From positions 20,832,001 to 20,896,000 of the forward strand of contig CM022673.1 of the NCBI GenBank assembly GCA_012295275.1: 64,000 bases of DNA, given 5' to 3'. The position numbers were made by a program, and so were the translations under genes. A model generated the notes under the pieces. That model had not been told where the DNA came from and searched no databases. It saw only the letters and a list, made by a program, of their open reading frames with translations. Below, piece by piece: positions 13,300-27,720 of the stretch (positions within the stretch are counted from its first letter, which is position 1; each line of letters opens with the position of its first letter). Source of the stretch: Chrysomallon squamiferum. Taxonomy: Eukaryota; Animalia; Mollusca.

Positions 13300-16110
13300 T
13301 TATTGACGTTAGGATCACTATTAGAACTAGCCTTATTAAGGTTGGGGACTTGGGATTAGGTTTAGATGTTGGGCTAGGGTTACAGTTATTTGAAGTTTAT
13401 TTTGAGTCTTATGATAATCTGGAAAACAGTTTTATGATCAGAGTTAGTACAAGTGTTAGCATTAGAATTAAGTTTAACCACTTCGTTAGGTTTAGATTTA
13501 AAGTTAGGGATAGAGCCTGGGTTAGGGTTAGGGTTATGTAAATTTTATTATGAGTGTTATGATAACGTGGAAAATAGAATTAAGGTTGGGGACTTGAGTA
13601 GGATTAGGTTTAGAAGATGGGCTAGGGTTAGGGTTATAGTTATGGTTAGAGTTAGGTTTAGGCTTAATGTTAGGGTTAGGGTTAGGGTTGGAGTTACGGT
13701 TATTTAAAGTTTATTATGAGTCTTATGATAATCTGGAAAACAGTTTTATACACTTGGATAGGACTAGGTTTACAAGTTGGGCTACCGTTAGTGTTAGGGA
13801 TATATTTATTTAAAATTTTTATGAGTTTAATTGTAACGTTTAAGATGAGGGGTAGAAATGGTTCTATCATGAGAATGAAGGTCAGGCACTTCTTTACCTT
13901 CAGAGATAGGGTTAGGCTCAGGGTTAGGGTTAGGATTAGGGTTAGGTTTATGTAAATTTTATTATGAATGTTATTATAACGTGCAAAATAATTTTAGGAT
14001 GAGGATTAGAAGTAGCGTTAGCGTAAGAATTGAGGTTGGGGACTTGGGTAGGATTTACTTTAGAAGTTGGGTTAGTGTTAGGCTTAGGTTTAGGTTTAGG
14101 ATCAGGGTTAGGGTTTTTTAATGTTTATTATGAATCTGATGATAATGTGGAAAACAGTTTTCTGATCAGGGTTAGAGAAGGTGTTAACATAACAATTAAG
14201 ATTTCGCACTTCTTTATCGTCAGAGTTAGGCCTTAGGGCTTAGTCTGAGGGTTAGGGTTAGGGTTAGGGTTATGTAAATTTTATTATGAGTGTTATCATT
14301 ACATGCTCGTAAACAACCCTTAAATAACCCTAGCTCTAAGGCTAACCCTAACCCCAACCCTAACCTTTCCTGAATCTCAAATTCTAAAACTAATCCTACG
14401 CAAGTCCCCAACGTTAATCCTTACCCTAACGCTACTTCCAATTGTGACTATCAAATTATTTTGGACATTATTATAACACTCGTCATAAAATTTTAAAAAC
14501 ATTATCTCTAAGCCTAAACATAACCCTAACCCTTACACTAACACTAAGTCTAACCTTAACCTTTACCGAATATCAAATCTTAGATCTAATCATATGCAAG
14601 ACCCCAACGTTAATTCGTACCCCAACGCTACTTCCAGTAGTAACCCTCGAATTATTTTGGACATTATCATAACAGTCGTCATAAAATGTACATAACCCTT
14701 TGTCGAATCCTAACCCTAACCTTTACCCCAGCTAAACTTCTAAACCTAATCTTTCGCAAGTCTACCCTAAATTTCAAATTCTAAAGCTAAACAACCTAAT
14801 CTTTGGCAAGTCTACATCATTAATTCTTGCCTTAACGGTACTTCCAACAGTGACCCTCAAATTATTTTGGACACTATCATAACATTCGAAATGAAATCAT
14901 AAGGCTAACCCTAACCCTAACCCTAACCCAATTTCAAATTCTAATCTTACGCTAGTCCCCACCCCTACTTCCAATCGTTACCATCAAATTATTTTGGACA
15001 TTATCATAACATTCGTCATAAAATTTATATAACCATGGGTCGAATCCTACCCTAATCCTATCCCTAACCAATATCAAATTCTAAACCTAAACCCCTACGC
15101 AAGTCCCCAACGTTAATTCTTATCCGAACGCTACATCCAGTCGTGACCCTTAAATTATTTTGCACATTAAGATAACACTCGTAATACAATTTAGAAAATA
15201 ATAACTGTAACCCGAATCCTAACTCTAAGCCTAACCCTAGCTCAATTTTCTATGATCCTAATCCTTTACCATTACAATTTCTATACCTAATCTTTAATTT
15301 CGATACATCTAATAGTAACCCTAAAGAAATCCCTTCTAATCTTTCAAATTCTCCCTAATTAGTTCCAATGGACCATCAGATTATTTTGGACATTACATAA
15401 CACTGGTAATACAATTTAAATAACCCTAGCTCTAAGATTATCCTTAACCCTAACCCTAAACTTAAATAACACATTAAGATAACCTAACCTAAACCTAGAT
15501 CAAATTCTATACCTAATCGTAAGTCCCATCTTTAATTCTCCCGCAAGTCGCAACATTGATTCTTACGAGAATGCAACTTCCAATCGTGACCCTCAGTTTA
15601 TTTTAGCGATTATCATGACACTCGTCATAAATTTTAAATCACCCTAACCCTATCCCTAACCCTAACCCTAGCCCAACTTCTAAACCTAATCCTATCGAAG
15701 TCCCCAACCTTAATTCTTACGCTAAGGGCACTTCTAATCGTGATCCTAAAATTATTTTGCACGTTATCATAACACTCATAATAAATTTGCATAAACCTAA
15801 CCATCACCCTAACCTTAACTGACGGTAGGAGTGCCTGACCTTCATTCTCATGCTAACACCATTTCTAACCCTCATCTTAAAACTGTTTTGCACATTACAA
15901 TTAAACTGATAATAAACTTTAAATAACCCTAAACCTAACCTTAACCCTAACCCTAACCCAGGCTCTATCCCTAACTCTAAACCTAACCCTAATGACGTCC
16001 CTAATTCTACTCTAACAGTAATACTAACCCTCATCATAAAACTGTTTTCCAGATTATCATAAAATTCATAATAAACTTTAGATAACCCTAACTCTAAACC
16101 TAACTCTTTG
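13300..16110. repeat. Inverted satellite array containing degenerate telomeric hexamers: (GGGTTA)n orientation ~13300-14300, (TAACCC)n orientation ~14310-16110
   Basis: Units of ~150-200 bp combine GGGTTA runs with ttattatgag..ttatgataa..tggaaaa.agtttt. 13401-13540 matches the reverse complement of ~15945-16075. Confidence 0.85.
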
Positions 16111-18102
16111 CCAAAGTTCTACGAAATAAACGGCGAAAAGTTGCTAAAATACTCTTTCCGCCTGAAATTAATCTTATTACATATTTACAATATTTCGGGT
16201 GCAATAATATAATTTTTGTTTACATTTACCTATAATGGGAACCATTTCTCACACGAGAAAATATTTACTTAAGTCTAAGTTGATTACATTTACACTTGTG
16301 TAATTTTTCAGTTTAAGTCGATTCTCACCCATTTGCTGTTCATGTCCTCTCTGAACACTTGCATCTTCCCAGTTAACACCCGTTTTAATCAAACAAATCG
16401 GTGCTATTACTAAAGTAGAGTAAGTTTTAAATACAGAATCTTACTTACTTTGAATAGCAGGAGAATGACTGTAATAATTATAAAAATTGTTTAACAAAAT
16501 AATGTAAATAGATCTCATGCTTTTGAGAATCAAATTTAATGAAGCATCTTCTAAATTATTAAACTAATTTACAAAATAAACAACAAAAGAAAACAACCTA
16601 ATAATGAAAATAATGTAAAATTAAAGTTAGGAAGGCTTACAGCATTATTAATTCCATGGTTCTCAATATATGGCAGTAGTGGACCTACATTGTTGGGGGC
16701 ATTGAACCTTAAACTGTCAAGGGGTCTTTGCTAACTGCAACGAGTTATGGTTAATCATGTTTTCGCAACAAGAGTCATGACGTCTGTTAGATGTGTAAAT
16801 CTATTTCGGCGTGGTCAAACGAAAAACAAAATACTACTACGACTACTACCACTAGTACTAATACTATATAATAACAATAATGGAGTCGATGTTCATTCTG
16901 AAACAGAAGATTCAAATGGTTAATGAATTATAGATTACACAATATAAATAATTATTATTTTGTGACTTGCAAATTTACCAAATTTTTATCTTGCCTTAGA
17001 TTCCCTCAGGATCTAGTTTTATTAATAACCTACTTAATTAGACTTCTTAAAAAAAAAAAAAAAAAAAAAAAAAATGAAAGAAAGAAGAAAAAGAAAGAAA
17101 GAAAAATAACAATAACGTCATTAATGCTAAAATTTCATCATGCACACACACACCAGATACATTCAGTTTTAGAAAATATCTACAGGTCACATTCTGTAGT
17201 GTTTATTTTGGTAACTCCGACAATCGGGAAGCACTCAAGAAACAAAGTTTTGATTCTACCTATATAATAATTATAATTTTATAAAATAATAATAATAACA
17301 AAGTGTAATGCTAAAAAGAACGCTTCACCAACACAAATTATTATATCATTACTTTTGATTTTAATGGCAGCTATGTCGTGTTTTAAATTAAAATAATTAG
17401 GTTTCCTCATTGTCTTGTTCACTACGTACACAAGTCTTTTTTCCCCCCAGAAAATATATAATTAATAGTGTTATATGTTTGCGTTTTGACATGCACGAGA
17501 CAATAATTATTATGATTAAATAAAATGATTATGTTATCGCGAAATACTTTGTATAGTTTACCTTTGAAAATTAGAAAAAGATTTCGTGCCCTGTTTACTA
17601 CTACCAAAAGATCTCCTGGCCAAACTGGCCTAATTTTATGATAGAAGAAATAATCGCTAAGTAAACGGATTCGGATCTGTAGGAATTGACTTATTGCAAA
17701 TTGTCACGCCACGATCGACCAGATGGAATTGTGGACACACGATATAAAAGAATGGTTTTGTAAATAACCGGATAATTACAGCGGTTTGAAAACCAACGAA
17801 ATGCCAAGGAAAATAGGTAACATGACGATAAACTCATACGAGAAAGTAAGATTATGTTTGACAAAATAGCTGAAGTCGTTAACTCAGATGAGAATATAAT
17901 TACGTTTGAGAAACTAGATGCAGTTATTACAATACTTCTTGATGTGTACAATGTTGTGGAACTGTGCAGTGTACTGGTGTTGTGTAAGACATGAACTTAT
18001 TCAAGTATCTTAGTGTAAGGTAATTTTCACAAAGTGTTGTTTAGTTTGTATTAGTTCTTCTACTGCTATTACTACTACTACTACTACTACTACTGCTGCT
18101 GC

Positions 18103-18153
<51 letters not shown>

Positions 18154-18495
18154 GAACTAGAACAACAGCGACTAAATGCGTAACTTGGGGAAAAAAAGAG
18201 GAAGTATTTGATTATTATTATTTATAACACGTGAAATATGGATATAACAATAATTATAACTCACAAGGTTCATATATTTATCAACAGATAATTAAAAATA
18301 ATAAATAAATAAATAGTAACAGTAACAAAACAAAACAACAAAAAAAAACATAACAATAATGAAAATAACAACAATATTAAAATAATAATAAAAAACCATA
18401 ACTTTTGAACATTCTGTCTCTTTAATTTTATTTTAATTTTTTTTGTTATTTAATTTAATTTTTTTTTTTTTTTAATTTTTATGACAAAGATAAAG

Positions 18496-20159
18496 ATGAT
18501 GAAGTGGAAACTTAGCTGGCTTGTCATTGTTGTGACTATTGATTCTATTGAAGGTCAAGGTTAGAATATAATAATAAATATAATTCTTCTTCTGTCTGTT
18601 CTGTGTATATATAAAGTGGCACACATGCATACACATATGCACAAACACCCATTGTAACTGCTTTTGTTACAATGTTCTTGTGAAAATACGAAGCAATAAT
18701 TATTATTCATTCTTCGAAATTATATTTTGTTAATTCTGTTTAACTAATCTTAGTTAAAAAGGAAATATGAGAAAGAAAGAGTACATATATTGTATTATTT
18801 TAATGATGTGTGTGTGTGTGTGTGTGTGTGTTCACTATTTTTTAATTTTTATTATTATTATTATTATTTTTTTTTTTTTTTTTGGTTTATCAGGAAAATG
18901 GAAGGGAATGCTTGCCGACAATAACGACTGGTATTACATGATCGACCACGGTCTTGATATCATGTCAAAGAACTGGTTAATCATCGGTATCAAGGCTTGT
19001 CAAGGGGCAGAAATGCTGTTTTTGGAAAAACACAAAGTGGTTAAGTACGTATACGTGAGACTTGGTGACAAGTCAACAGGCATAGAAAAGCACAGCACAT
19101 TTGCAGACAAACACTGCGCTTTAGGCACATGTTCGACGGGTGACGAAAAAACCATGCCTCTCCTCAACTGTAATAAATATATCCCATTATGGTTCAAGTG
19201 GAACAATAAAGGATTGTTTACAGTTGGTGTTGGACTTGATGTTGGGAATAATAAAATTTTGCTACAGATGGACTACGCTGACACATTTGATCTACGCTTG
19301 GTTAAGGTTTCCATGAAGACATCGGATAAAGGGACTTGGTTATTTCTCTTAGGTAAGTATTTCTTAAGTCTCTTACATGCGAAGTATGCACTATTTTAAG
19401 AACTGAAAAATAAATATACATTTTCTCGAATATCTTTACTAGACATAATATAAAATAAAACCAAATACGGAAGTAAGTAAACAATAATAAAAACAGCAGC
19501 AACATTCATCATAATCATCATTTGTGTACTTTTTTCTTCCATATAAACATTAGAAATTTGTTTATAATCTCTCTTACCTTTACTTTTCCTTTTATTTTAT
19601 TTTATTATTATTTTTATTTCTTTATTATTATTATTATTACTGATTTTTTTTCTTCTCAATATAGATAATCCACCTGTATTTTCATTTCCATCCACTTACA
19701 CAAACACCAGCATCGAGGTTAGAGAAGACATTGCTATTGGAAACGAGGTTGTGGCGCTGGCTGCTACTGACCCGGAAGGGGATTCTTTGACCTTCACTGT
19801 AGTAGGGATGCACGCAGATGTATTTGTTTGTGATGGCACCTCGCTAAAAACAAATCGATCTCTTGATTACGAAACAAGGAGAAGTTATTACATCACAATC
19901 GAGTAATTACCTGTTGTCTGTTTCATAAATAAATAAAAATAGGACTATCAATGTACGAAGCCTTTAACAGTATCATTTACAACTAAATTTCAGTTACAAC
20001 TATCATAAAGTACGTCATCATCATCATCATCATTATCATCATCATTATCATTAAGCTGATTTTTATGAGGCCATGTTATAGATATGAAAATATACATATG
20101 TAATACATTTACAGTGATAATCATAGTAAAACGTAGAACAACAAAAACAAAACAGCAGC

Positions 20160-20201
<42 letters not shown>

Positions 20202-20209
20202 AATAATAA

Positions 20210-20253
<44 letters not shown>

Positions 20254-20960
20254 ATAATAATAATAATAATAATAATAAAACAGGCTCAAGGACAAAAGGA
20301 ATACGGTTGTAGCACCAATTGCTGTCCATGTAGTTAATGTCATTGATGAGACACCGTCCATCATACTGCCAAGCATCATCTCGATGCCTGAAGAGCTACT
20401 TAATGGCACATCACTCGCCGGATTTTACTTCATTTCTGACAGAGATTTCAATGACACTCTGAGTTACAACATTACAGGTGAGCAAGGGATTTAGGACATG
20501 GGTTAATTGGAATATATCTGATATTTTCTAAGAAAATCCAATAATACTAATGAGTATATTCTCAATCCAGGAACAGACAAACAGCCAACCTACTAACCAA
20601 AGAAAGTTAGAAAGAAATTAAAGAAAAAGTTCGGTTATCGACTTGTAGTACTTGTATTAGTAATGAAATGCCTAAGACTTCTCTAAATCGCATTCGTTTC
20701 AGGGCCAGACAGCGGTTTCTTCACAATAGACACTAACACAAGTGCCCTCGTAGTCAGGAAGAGAGTCGATCGAGACGGCACGGCTGGTAAGAAGCAGTTA
20801 GAAATAACTGTAATCGTGACAGACTCAGGCAATTTGAAAGCGGTATCAGATATCGTCATCACCGTGATGGACGTAAACGACAACCCTCCTTTGTTTTCGC
20901 AACCCTTTTACGTCACAGAAGCAAAAGAAAATGCTGGAAACGGTATGAATAATAATAATA

Positions 20961-20995
<35 letters not shown>

Positions 20996-21741
20996 GATCA
21001 TGATAAATAAAATAAATCGTCTGGTTTAATTTGTAATATTTACTGTTCATTTCATGAATACATTTTGCTGTATTTTGATTTATTCATGCAAAAGATACTG
21101 AACATATTTAAAAGTTAAAACTGGATAAATGGCCTACCTTTCGTTTGTAAATTTTCTTATAATTGCTTATTTGCTGATTACAAAGTGTAACACCTGTATG
21201 ACATAGATCTCGAACTGATCAGTTCTATACGTCATGATCCTTTCCTTTTTCATATTTCAAACAAAACCAACAACAACAAAAGGCCTGAAGATCCTTCACT
21301 TAAACTGCTCAGACGCAGATGATGGCGTTAATGGAGATACGGAGCTTTCCATCATCAGCGGAGACGACCCCCGACCCCATTTTACCATGACAGGGCAGGA
21401 CCTGTATGTTGACTCTGATACGATAGATTATGAATCACTAAACCAAAGTGATTTTACGTACACTTTGACAGTCCAGTGTACCGACAACCCACGAGAGGGC
21501 AACACGTATACAGCTTCCGCTGTAGTAACCGTTAAGGTCTCGTGTTAACAAAAAACTCCCCAGAAACGTAATATAAGAACAAAGTAATACAAGCTAGTTG
21601 ATAGCGGCAGATGTACATGGAACAGTACAGTTAAAGATAAAATAATATTTAATAGACAAATAATCGTAATAATAGCAAAACCGATAATAATAATGGATAA
21701 TATTAACAGTCTCTGTAACATCAACAATAACAACAACAACA

Positions 21742-21789
<48 letters not shown>

Positions 21790-22867
21790 GTAATAATAAT
21801 AATAAAATGAACTTTATAATATATTTAGATTCTACCAGATAATGAACATAAACCCAAGTGGCTGAGGCCACTGACTGATGCTAAAGGTGTGTTTCCAGAA
21901 ATAACTTACAATGAGGACATAGCGCCATCTACCGTGATTGAAACATTTTCGGCGACAGATAATGATTTGGGAAATGACGGGTTACTTAGTTATGACATAA
22001 TATCTGTTACAACTAGTAAGTGTGCGAATTAAAATTGTTATCTTTCCACTTTATTATTATTCTTATTATTCTTATTCTTATTCTTATTCTTATTCTTATT
22101 CTTATTCTTATTATTATTATTATTTCTGTCTTATAAAGTGTGAGGTGCAGTAGGTCACATTAGCATGTATTTTCCCATTCTAGTCAGTGTTCCAAGAGCT
22201 TATCAAAGGAATGATATATGCTTTCCTATTTGACTGAAGCAGCTATGAAAAAGAGTAGAGCACTGCTTGTGGATTTCCTTTCTAATTATCTGTTTTGTAT
22301 TTAACTCAGTTATGCAGTGTACACATAGATTAAAAATGTATTCAGTGCCGCTTTCGTTCTTCTTTTATCACATCCTACAAAACAGATATTTAGTATAATG
22401 CAATACCAATCTCTTTAAACAGATATATCAATTTAATATTCAGATGATGGTTCTTCTGTAACGAATTACTTCTTGATGGAAAGCGTCAGTGGGGTTCTTC
22501 GTACAGCAACAAACTTGGATCGAGACAAAGCCACCGGAGGATTTCAATATTTTGATATTGTTGTCATGGCGACGGATCACGGAACTCCTCAAAAAACGTT
22601 ATGGGAACATTGCGATTTAATTTAAACAACGTAAATGATAATCCGTCCACATTTGATCAGACGTTCTACAACGTGACGCTTCCAGAAAACACTGCTCCGA
22701 CATACGTGATTATAAAAGAATTTTTCACTGATTATGACGGCGATGCTGTTACTGTCTTTGTGACTGGGGATTGGTCCGATATGTTTTATGTTAATAATGA
22801 AAGTGTACTACTCGCAAAACCACTGGATTACGAAGTTACACCATACATGATAGCAATTATTAGGTAC

Positions 22868-22928
<61 letters not shown>

Positions 22929-24072
22929 CACATCTCTTTTTTCTCTCTCTCTCTTCCGCCTCTCTGTCAGAGTCTGTTTTCTATTTTTCAATCTAATGAT
23001 GTCAAAAGTATAACACATTTCATCACACACACACACACACACACACACACATTCAAATAAATAAATTAATTAATTAAATAATTAATTAAAGCCCATCACC
23101 GTACCAGTCTAATAAAAATTGTTTAAATGACAGTTAACTGTGGAATAATTTCGCATGATGAAAACAAAAAAGAAAGAAGAAATGAAAAAAGGTAGAAAAT
23201 TCTGCAAATGTTCAGTCATGCCCTCTCTCTAATATTATCTTTTAAATCGGAATTTAGGATAATTTTCAAGAAAGAAACCATATAATGTTCCTTTTCTATT
23301 CACTGACTTCTTTTCGAAACGTACAAATCTCAAAAGCAATTTAATTTTTTCCGTTTCGTGACTCAAACCATAATTAACACTTTTTTAAAGGCTTAACACT
23401 TTTGTCTTTCTTTAACTGTTATTAGGTAACTGAAACACAGTGTTAACAGATTTCCTATTTTTACAGAATAAAGACATCAAAAGATATACATACAAATGAA
23501 CTTAGTGAAAAATATGTATTCATACTGATATATTTTCTGTGTGTGTAGTTTTTTTCTATATAGGTATATGAGTATATATGTATATATATATATATATTTT
23601 TTTTTTTCTGCATGTGTGTGTGTGTGTTTGGGTCTGGGTGATTATATGTGTGTGTTTATTAACGTATATAATGTTAATAGTATTAATATATTCCATACTA
23701 GAACAACTTTACGTATTGTTATATGTGTACATGTATGTCTCTGAATCTAGATGGATGGGTGGACAGAGGGTGACTGTGTGTATGGATGGATATAGGTATG
23801 TATATGTGCATGTGCTTTGGTGTGTGCACACATTTATGGCTGTGTCTTTGTGTGTGTGATTGTGCATTTGTTTGCATGTTTATGTGGACGTGACAGAAAT
23901 TTATATCAGAGTAAAATTGCAGAACTGTTGAAAAACGTATTCAATCCAATTGACTTTGGTAAGAAACACTCTTATAAAATATAAACCTATTTACCTTTTC
24001 CATGATCGTGCCCTGTTGATTTATAAAATGTTCTGTTCAAATTCGCTGTATATGTCTTTTCTTGTTGTTGTT

Positions 24073-24103
<31 letters not shown>

Positions 24104-25526
24104 TTATTATTATTATTATCTCTCCCGACAGTCTAAATGATGGAAATCATACAGTGGACGCGACTTTAGCAGTGAAGATAACCGACATTTGTGATGAGTC
24201 ACCACATATCACTGTCAACAATCCATTAGTTATATATGAAGAATTGCCAGTAGGAACTGCTATTGGTGGCGTGTTTTCAGTCAGGGATGATGACAAGGAC
24301 GATACTTTAACATATTCTATAACTGGTATATAAGGCGTTTTAGATGTTATTTATCTAATAATAATAATAATAATAATATGAGTAGTAGTAGTAATACAGT
24401 AGTAGTAATATTAACAGTAGTAATAAATAACAACATATTTTAAAAAAAAAAATTTAAAAATAATAAGAAACAAACACAATAATAACTAAATAAATAAAAT
24501 AGCAGTAGAAGTAGTAGTTGTAATATTAGCAGCAGTAATAAACAACAACAACAACAATAATAATAACAGAGAGATAGATAGATATTATTAACTTATATAT
24601 TTATTTTCAGACACGGATTCTCAGTATTTTAACATCAACTCTACAACAGGCATTTTGTCAGTTAAACAAAGAATTGATGCTGACGTAAAGAACAAATTTA
24701 CAAATTTGTCTGTCAGACTAGTTGTAGAGGACTCAGCTGGACTCTCTGACGACAGCATTCTCATGTTTACAATAATCGACATCAACGACAACTCTCCTGA
24801 ATTTGAGCGGGATGTCTATGTTATCAATGTGACAGAAAATACTTCTGCTGGTAAGATCGATTTTGCCATTTTATAAAGGAATTTGAAATAAATTTTTAAA
24901 TTTATAAATATATATATTAATTTATTGTTATTAGCACCAGTGTTAATTTCCAAAATAGCAAAACCAAAAATATTCAATTTGTTCTTATATGTAAATGATG
25001 TTATGTTTATATTAATCTGAAGACTTGAAAATTTAGACTTTCATAATTTTCAGATTATCTTTTATTTTATATGACATTTGCTAAAACGAAACCAAATAAA
25101 AAACTAAATATAAAAAGAAACCAAATAAAAAACTAAAAACTAAATATAAAGAACCACGTTCCTTGATCATCTTTTATTTTTAACATACTAATTTACATTT
25201 CAGATACTCTGCTTTTGGATTTCAACTGCTCTGATAAAGATCCTGATAACAATGGTGCAGTCAGGTTATTTATTGACAGCGGAAACCATGGCAATTGGTT
25301 TAAAATACAAGGAATGAGTCTTTACACAAATTCTGTTGCTATTGACTACGAAGAAATATTTCCAGACGACAGAATCTTGTTGACTGTGTTGGCAGAGGAT
25401 ACACCTAAAAGTGGACCCCCTAAATCTGATGTAGCAGTTGTTATTGTCCAAGTAGGCCTTTTTCTTTTTTTTTTTTTTTTTTTTTTTTTTTTCTTTTTAT
25501 AATTATAAAAAAAAAGAAAATGATAA

Positions 25527-25557
<31 letters not shown>

Positions 25558-27042
25558 AAAAACGATAACATTTTATAGGTTCTTCCATCTAATGAATATG
25601 CACCAAACTGGGTGAGTCCCGCACCTGATTCAGCTAACGTTTTCCCTGCTTTGTCCCTCGCGGAGGATGTCGTTGTAGGAAGTCACGTAGAAACATTCAC
25701 TGCCTCAGACAGAGACTCTGGAGTCGATGGTGTTGTGCTGTATTCTGTTTTTAGTGTCGTTTCAGGTAAAGCTAATCATTTAAATACTAATACTATTATA
25801 TATGTTTTATTATATAAAAATTCAACATTTCATGATTTAATTTGTAGGTTGAATTTCTTTCGAAAGGAAATGTTTTTGTTGTTGTTTTAAGAGTAATAGC
25901 AGTAACTGTTCTGATGTGACTGATTAGTAATAATGGTTTAGAGAAGATGGTAGTAATAGTTGTTGTTGTAGTTGTAATTGTACAGTGGAATCAGTAAGGA
26001 GGAGATGACAGCAATATTACTTGTAATGGAGGATACTAATACTAATTACTACTATTACTAGAACAACCATTACTACTATTACTACTACTACTAAAACTAC
26101 TACTACTACTAATTATAATTAATACCACTAATAATCTGAATGAAAAGAAAAACCAAAACAATGACATTCAAATGAATATTGCATATATTCAAAATTGGAA
26201 TATACAAGACAAATCATTTGCAGCATGTAGATCTATGTCTTTATTTCTGGAAATGTCATTACTTTTACAGTACAGGTAACACCATTACTACTACATACTA
26301 CTACTACTGTCAGTACTACATACTACTATTACTATTGCTCTTACTAATATTATTACTACTACTACTACTACTACTACTACTATTCATTATAATAATAATA
26401 ATAATAATAATAAATCAAATGAATATTGCAGAAAAAGGAATATCACATCCTGGCTATTTTGTCATACATGCTCAGATCGGTCAGTTGATGACAAATGCTA
26501 GTTTAGATGCTGATGATGCTACTGGTGGAGTCACTTACTATGACATCACCATTGTTGCTACAGACACCAGTGCTGTGCCAAAGAGTGTTACTGGGACTGT
26601 AAGGATTACTATAAACAACACCAATGACAATGCTCCATTCTTCTTCAACTACAGCAACATCATATCAGTAGCAGAAAATACCACTAATTTCAAGATAGGA
26701 ATTGATGCAGGAGATATTGATGGTGATGATGTAAATTTTATAATTGTCGAAGGGGACAAAAATCTGTTTAATGTAGTAGGAAAATCACTTTTTATATCTG
26801 GAAACTTGGATTTTGAGGAAGATTCATATCACATACTTATTTTACAGTGAGTATGATGATTGCATTTATTCAGTGTGTTTGTTTTGTACAGTAAATACGG
26901 TATTCATCTTAAAGTTTCTTCCATATAATACAAAGAAGAAATTTAGTGTTGAACTGTAATATTATGACATATTTGTGTTCTTTTGCTTTGTTTTGTTTTG
27001 TTTTATATTTATCGCTACTATCATTTTTCCACTACTATCATT

Positions 27043-27073
<31 letters not shown>

Positions 27074-27131
27074 TATGAAACAGATTTCTTTTTCTTCTTC
27101 TTCATAGTGAAATTCATATCTCCATAATTGT

Positions 27132-27212
<81 letters not shown>

Positions 27213-27637
27213 GATTTTGGTTAAACAGATATAATATATATATGGTGAGTCATAACATGTCACCACTAAACATTTTGTTTTTCTTGTGCAATGTATTTCA
27301 GGGCCACTGATGGACTCTTTAAAATAAACGTGACATTAATCATCAATGTCACAGATATAGAGGATGAGAAACCAGTAATCACTGTAAACAAAGATATATC
27401 TATACTGGAGGAGCAACCAACAGGATCTCCTCTGTGTAATGTATTTGATGTTCAGGACAAAGACAGGAACAGTTCTCTCACCTACACTCTTACAGGTGAT
27501 AATTTAATTTATATTCTGTCTGAAAATAATGTTATCTGTCTGAATATTTATCTATGTTTTAATTTCTTTCTGTAATTTTTTTTCCTGCATCATACACCTA
27601 TGGCTCCCGGTCTGTCTTTTTTCCATCCATCCCTCCT

Positions 27638-27720
<83 letters not shown>

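Noticed and set aside
13272-16037. ORFs rich in LGLGLG / VRVRVR / LTLTLT
   Set aside because: Translations of GGGTTA/TAACCC repeats, with no splice or codon evidence for a gene.
16654-16730. ccatggttctcaa resembling a hAT/Charlie terminus
   Set aside because: No matching second TIR or 8-bp TSD could be identified.
17630-17950. CpG-richer stretch with TATAAAA and an 86-aa minus-strand ORF
   Set aside because: No recognisable protein motif. It may be cadherin promoter/5'UTR, but this cannot be supported from sequence alone.
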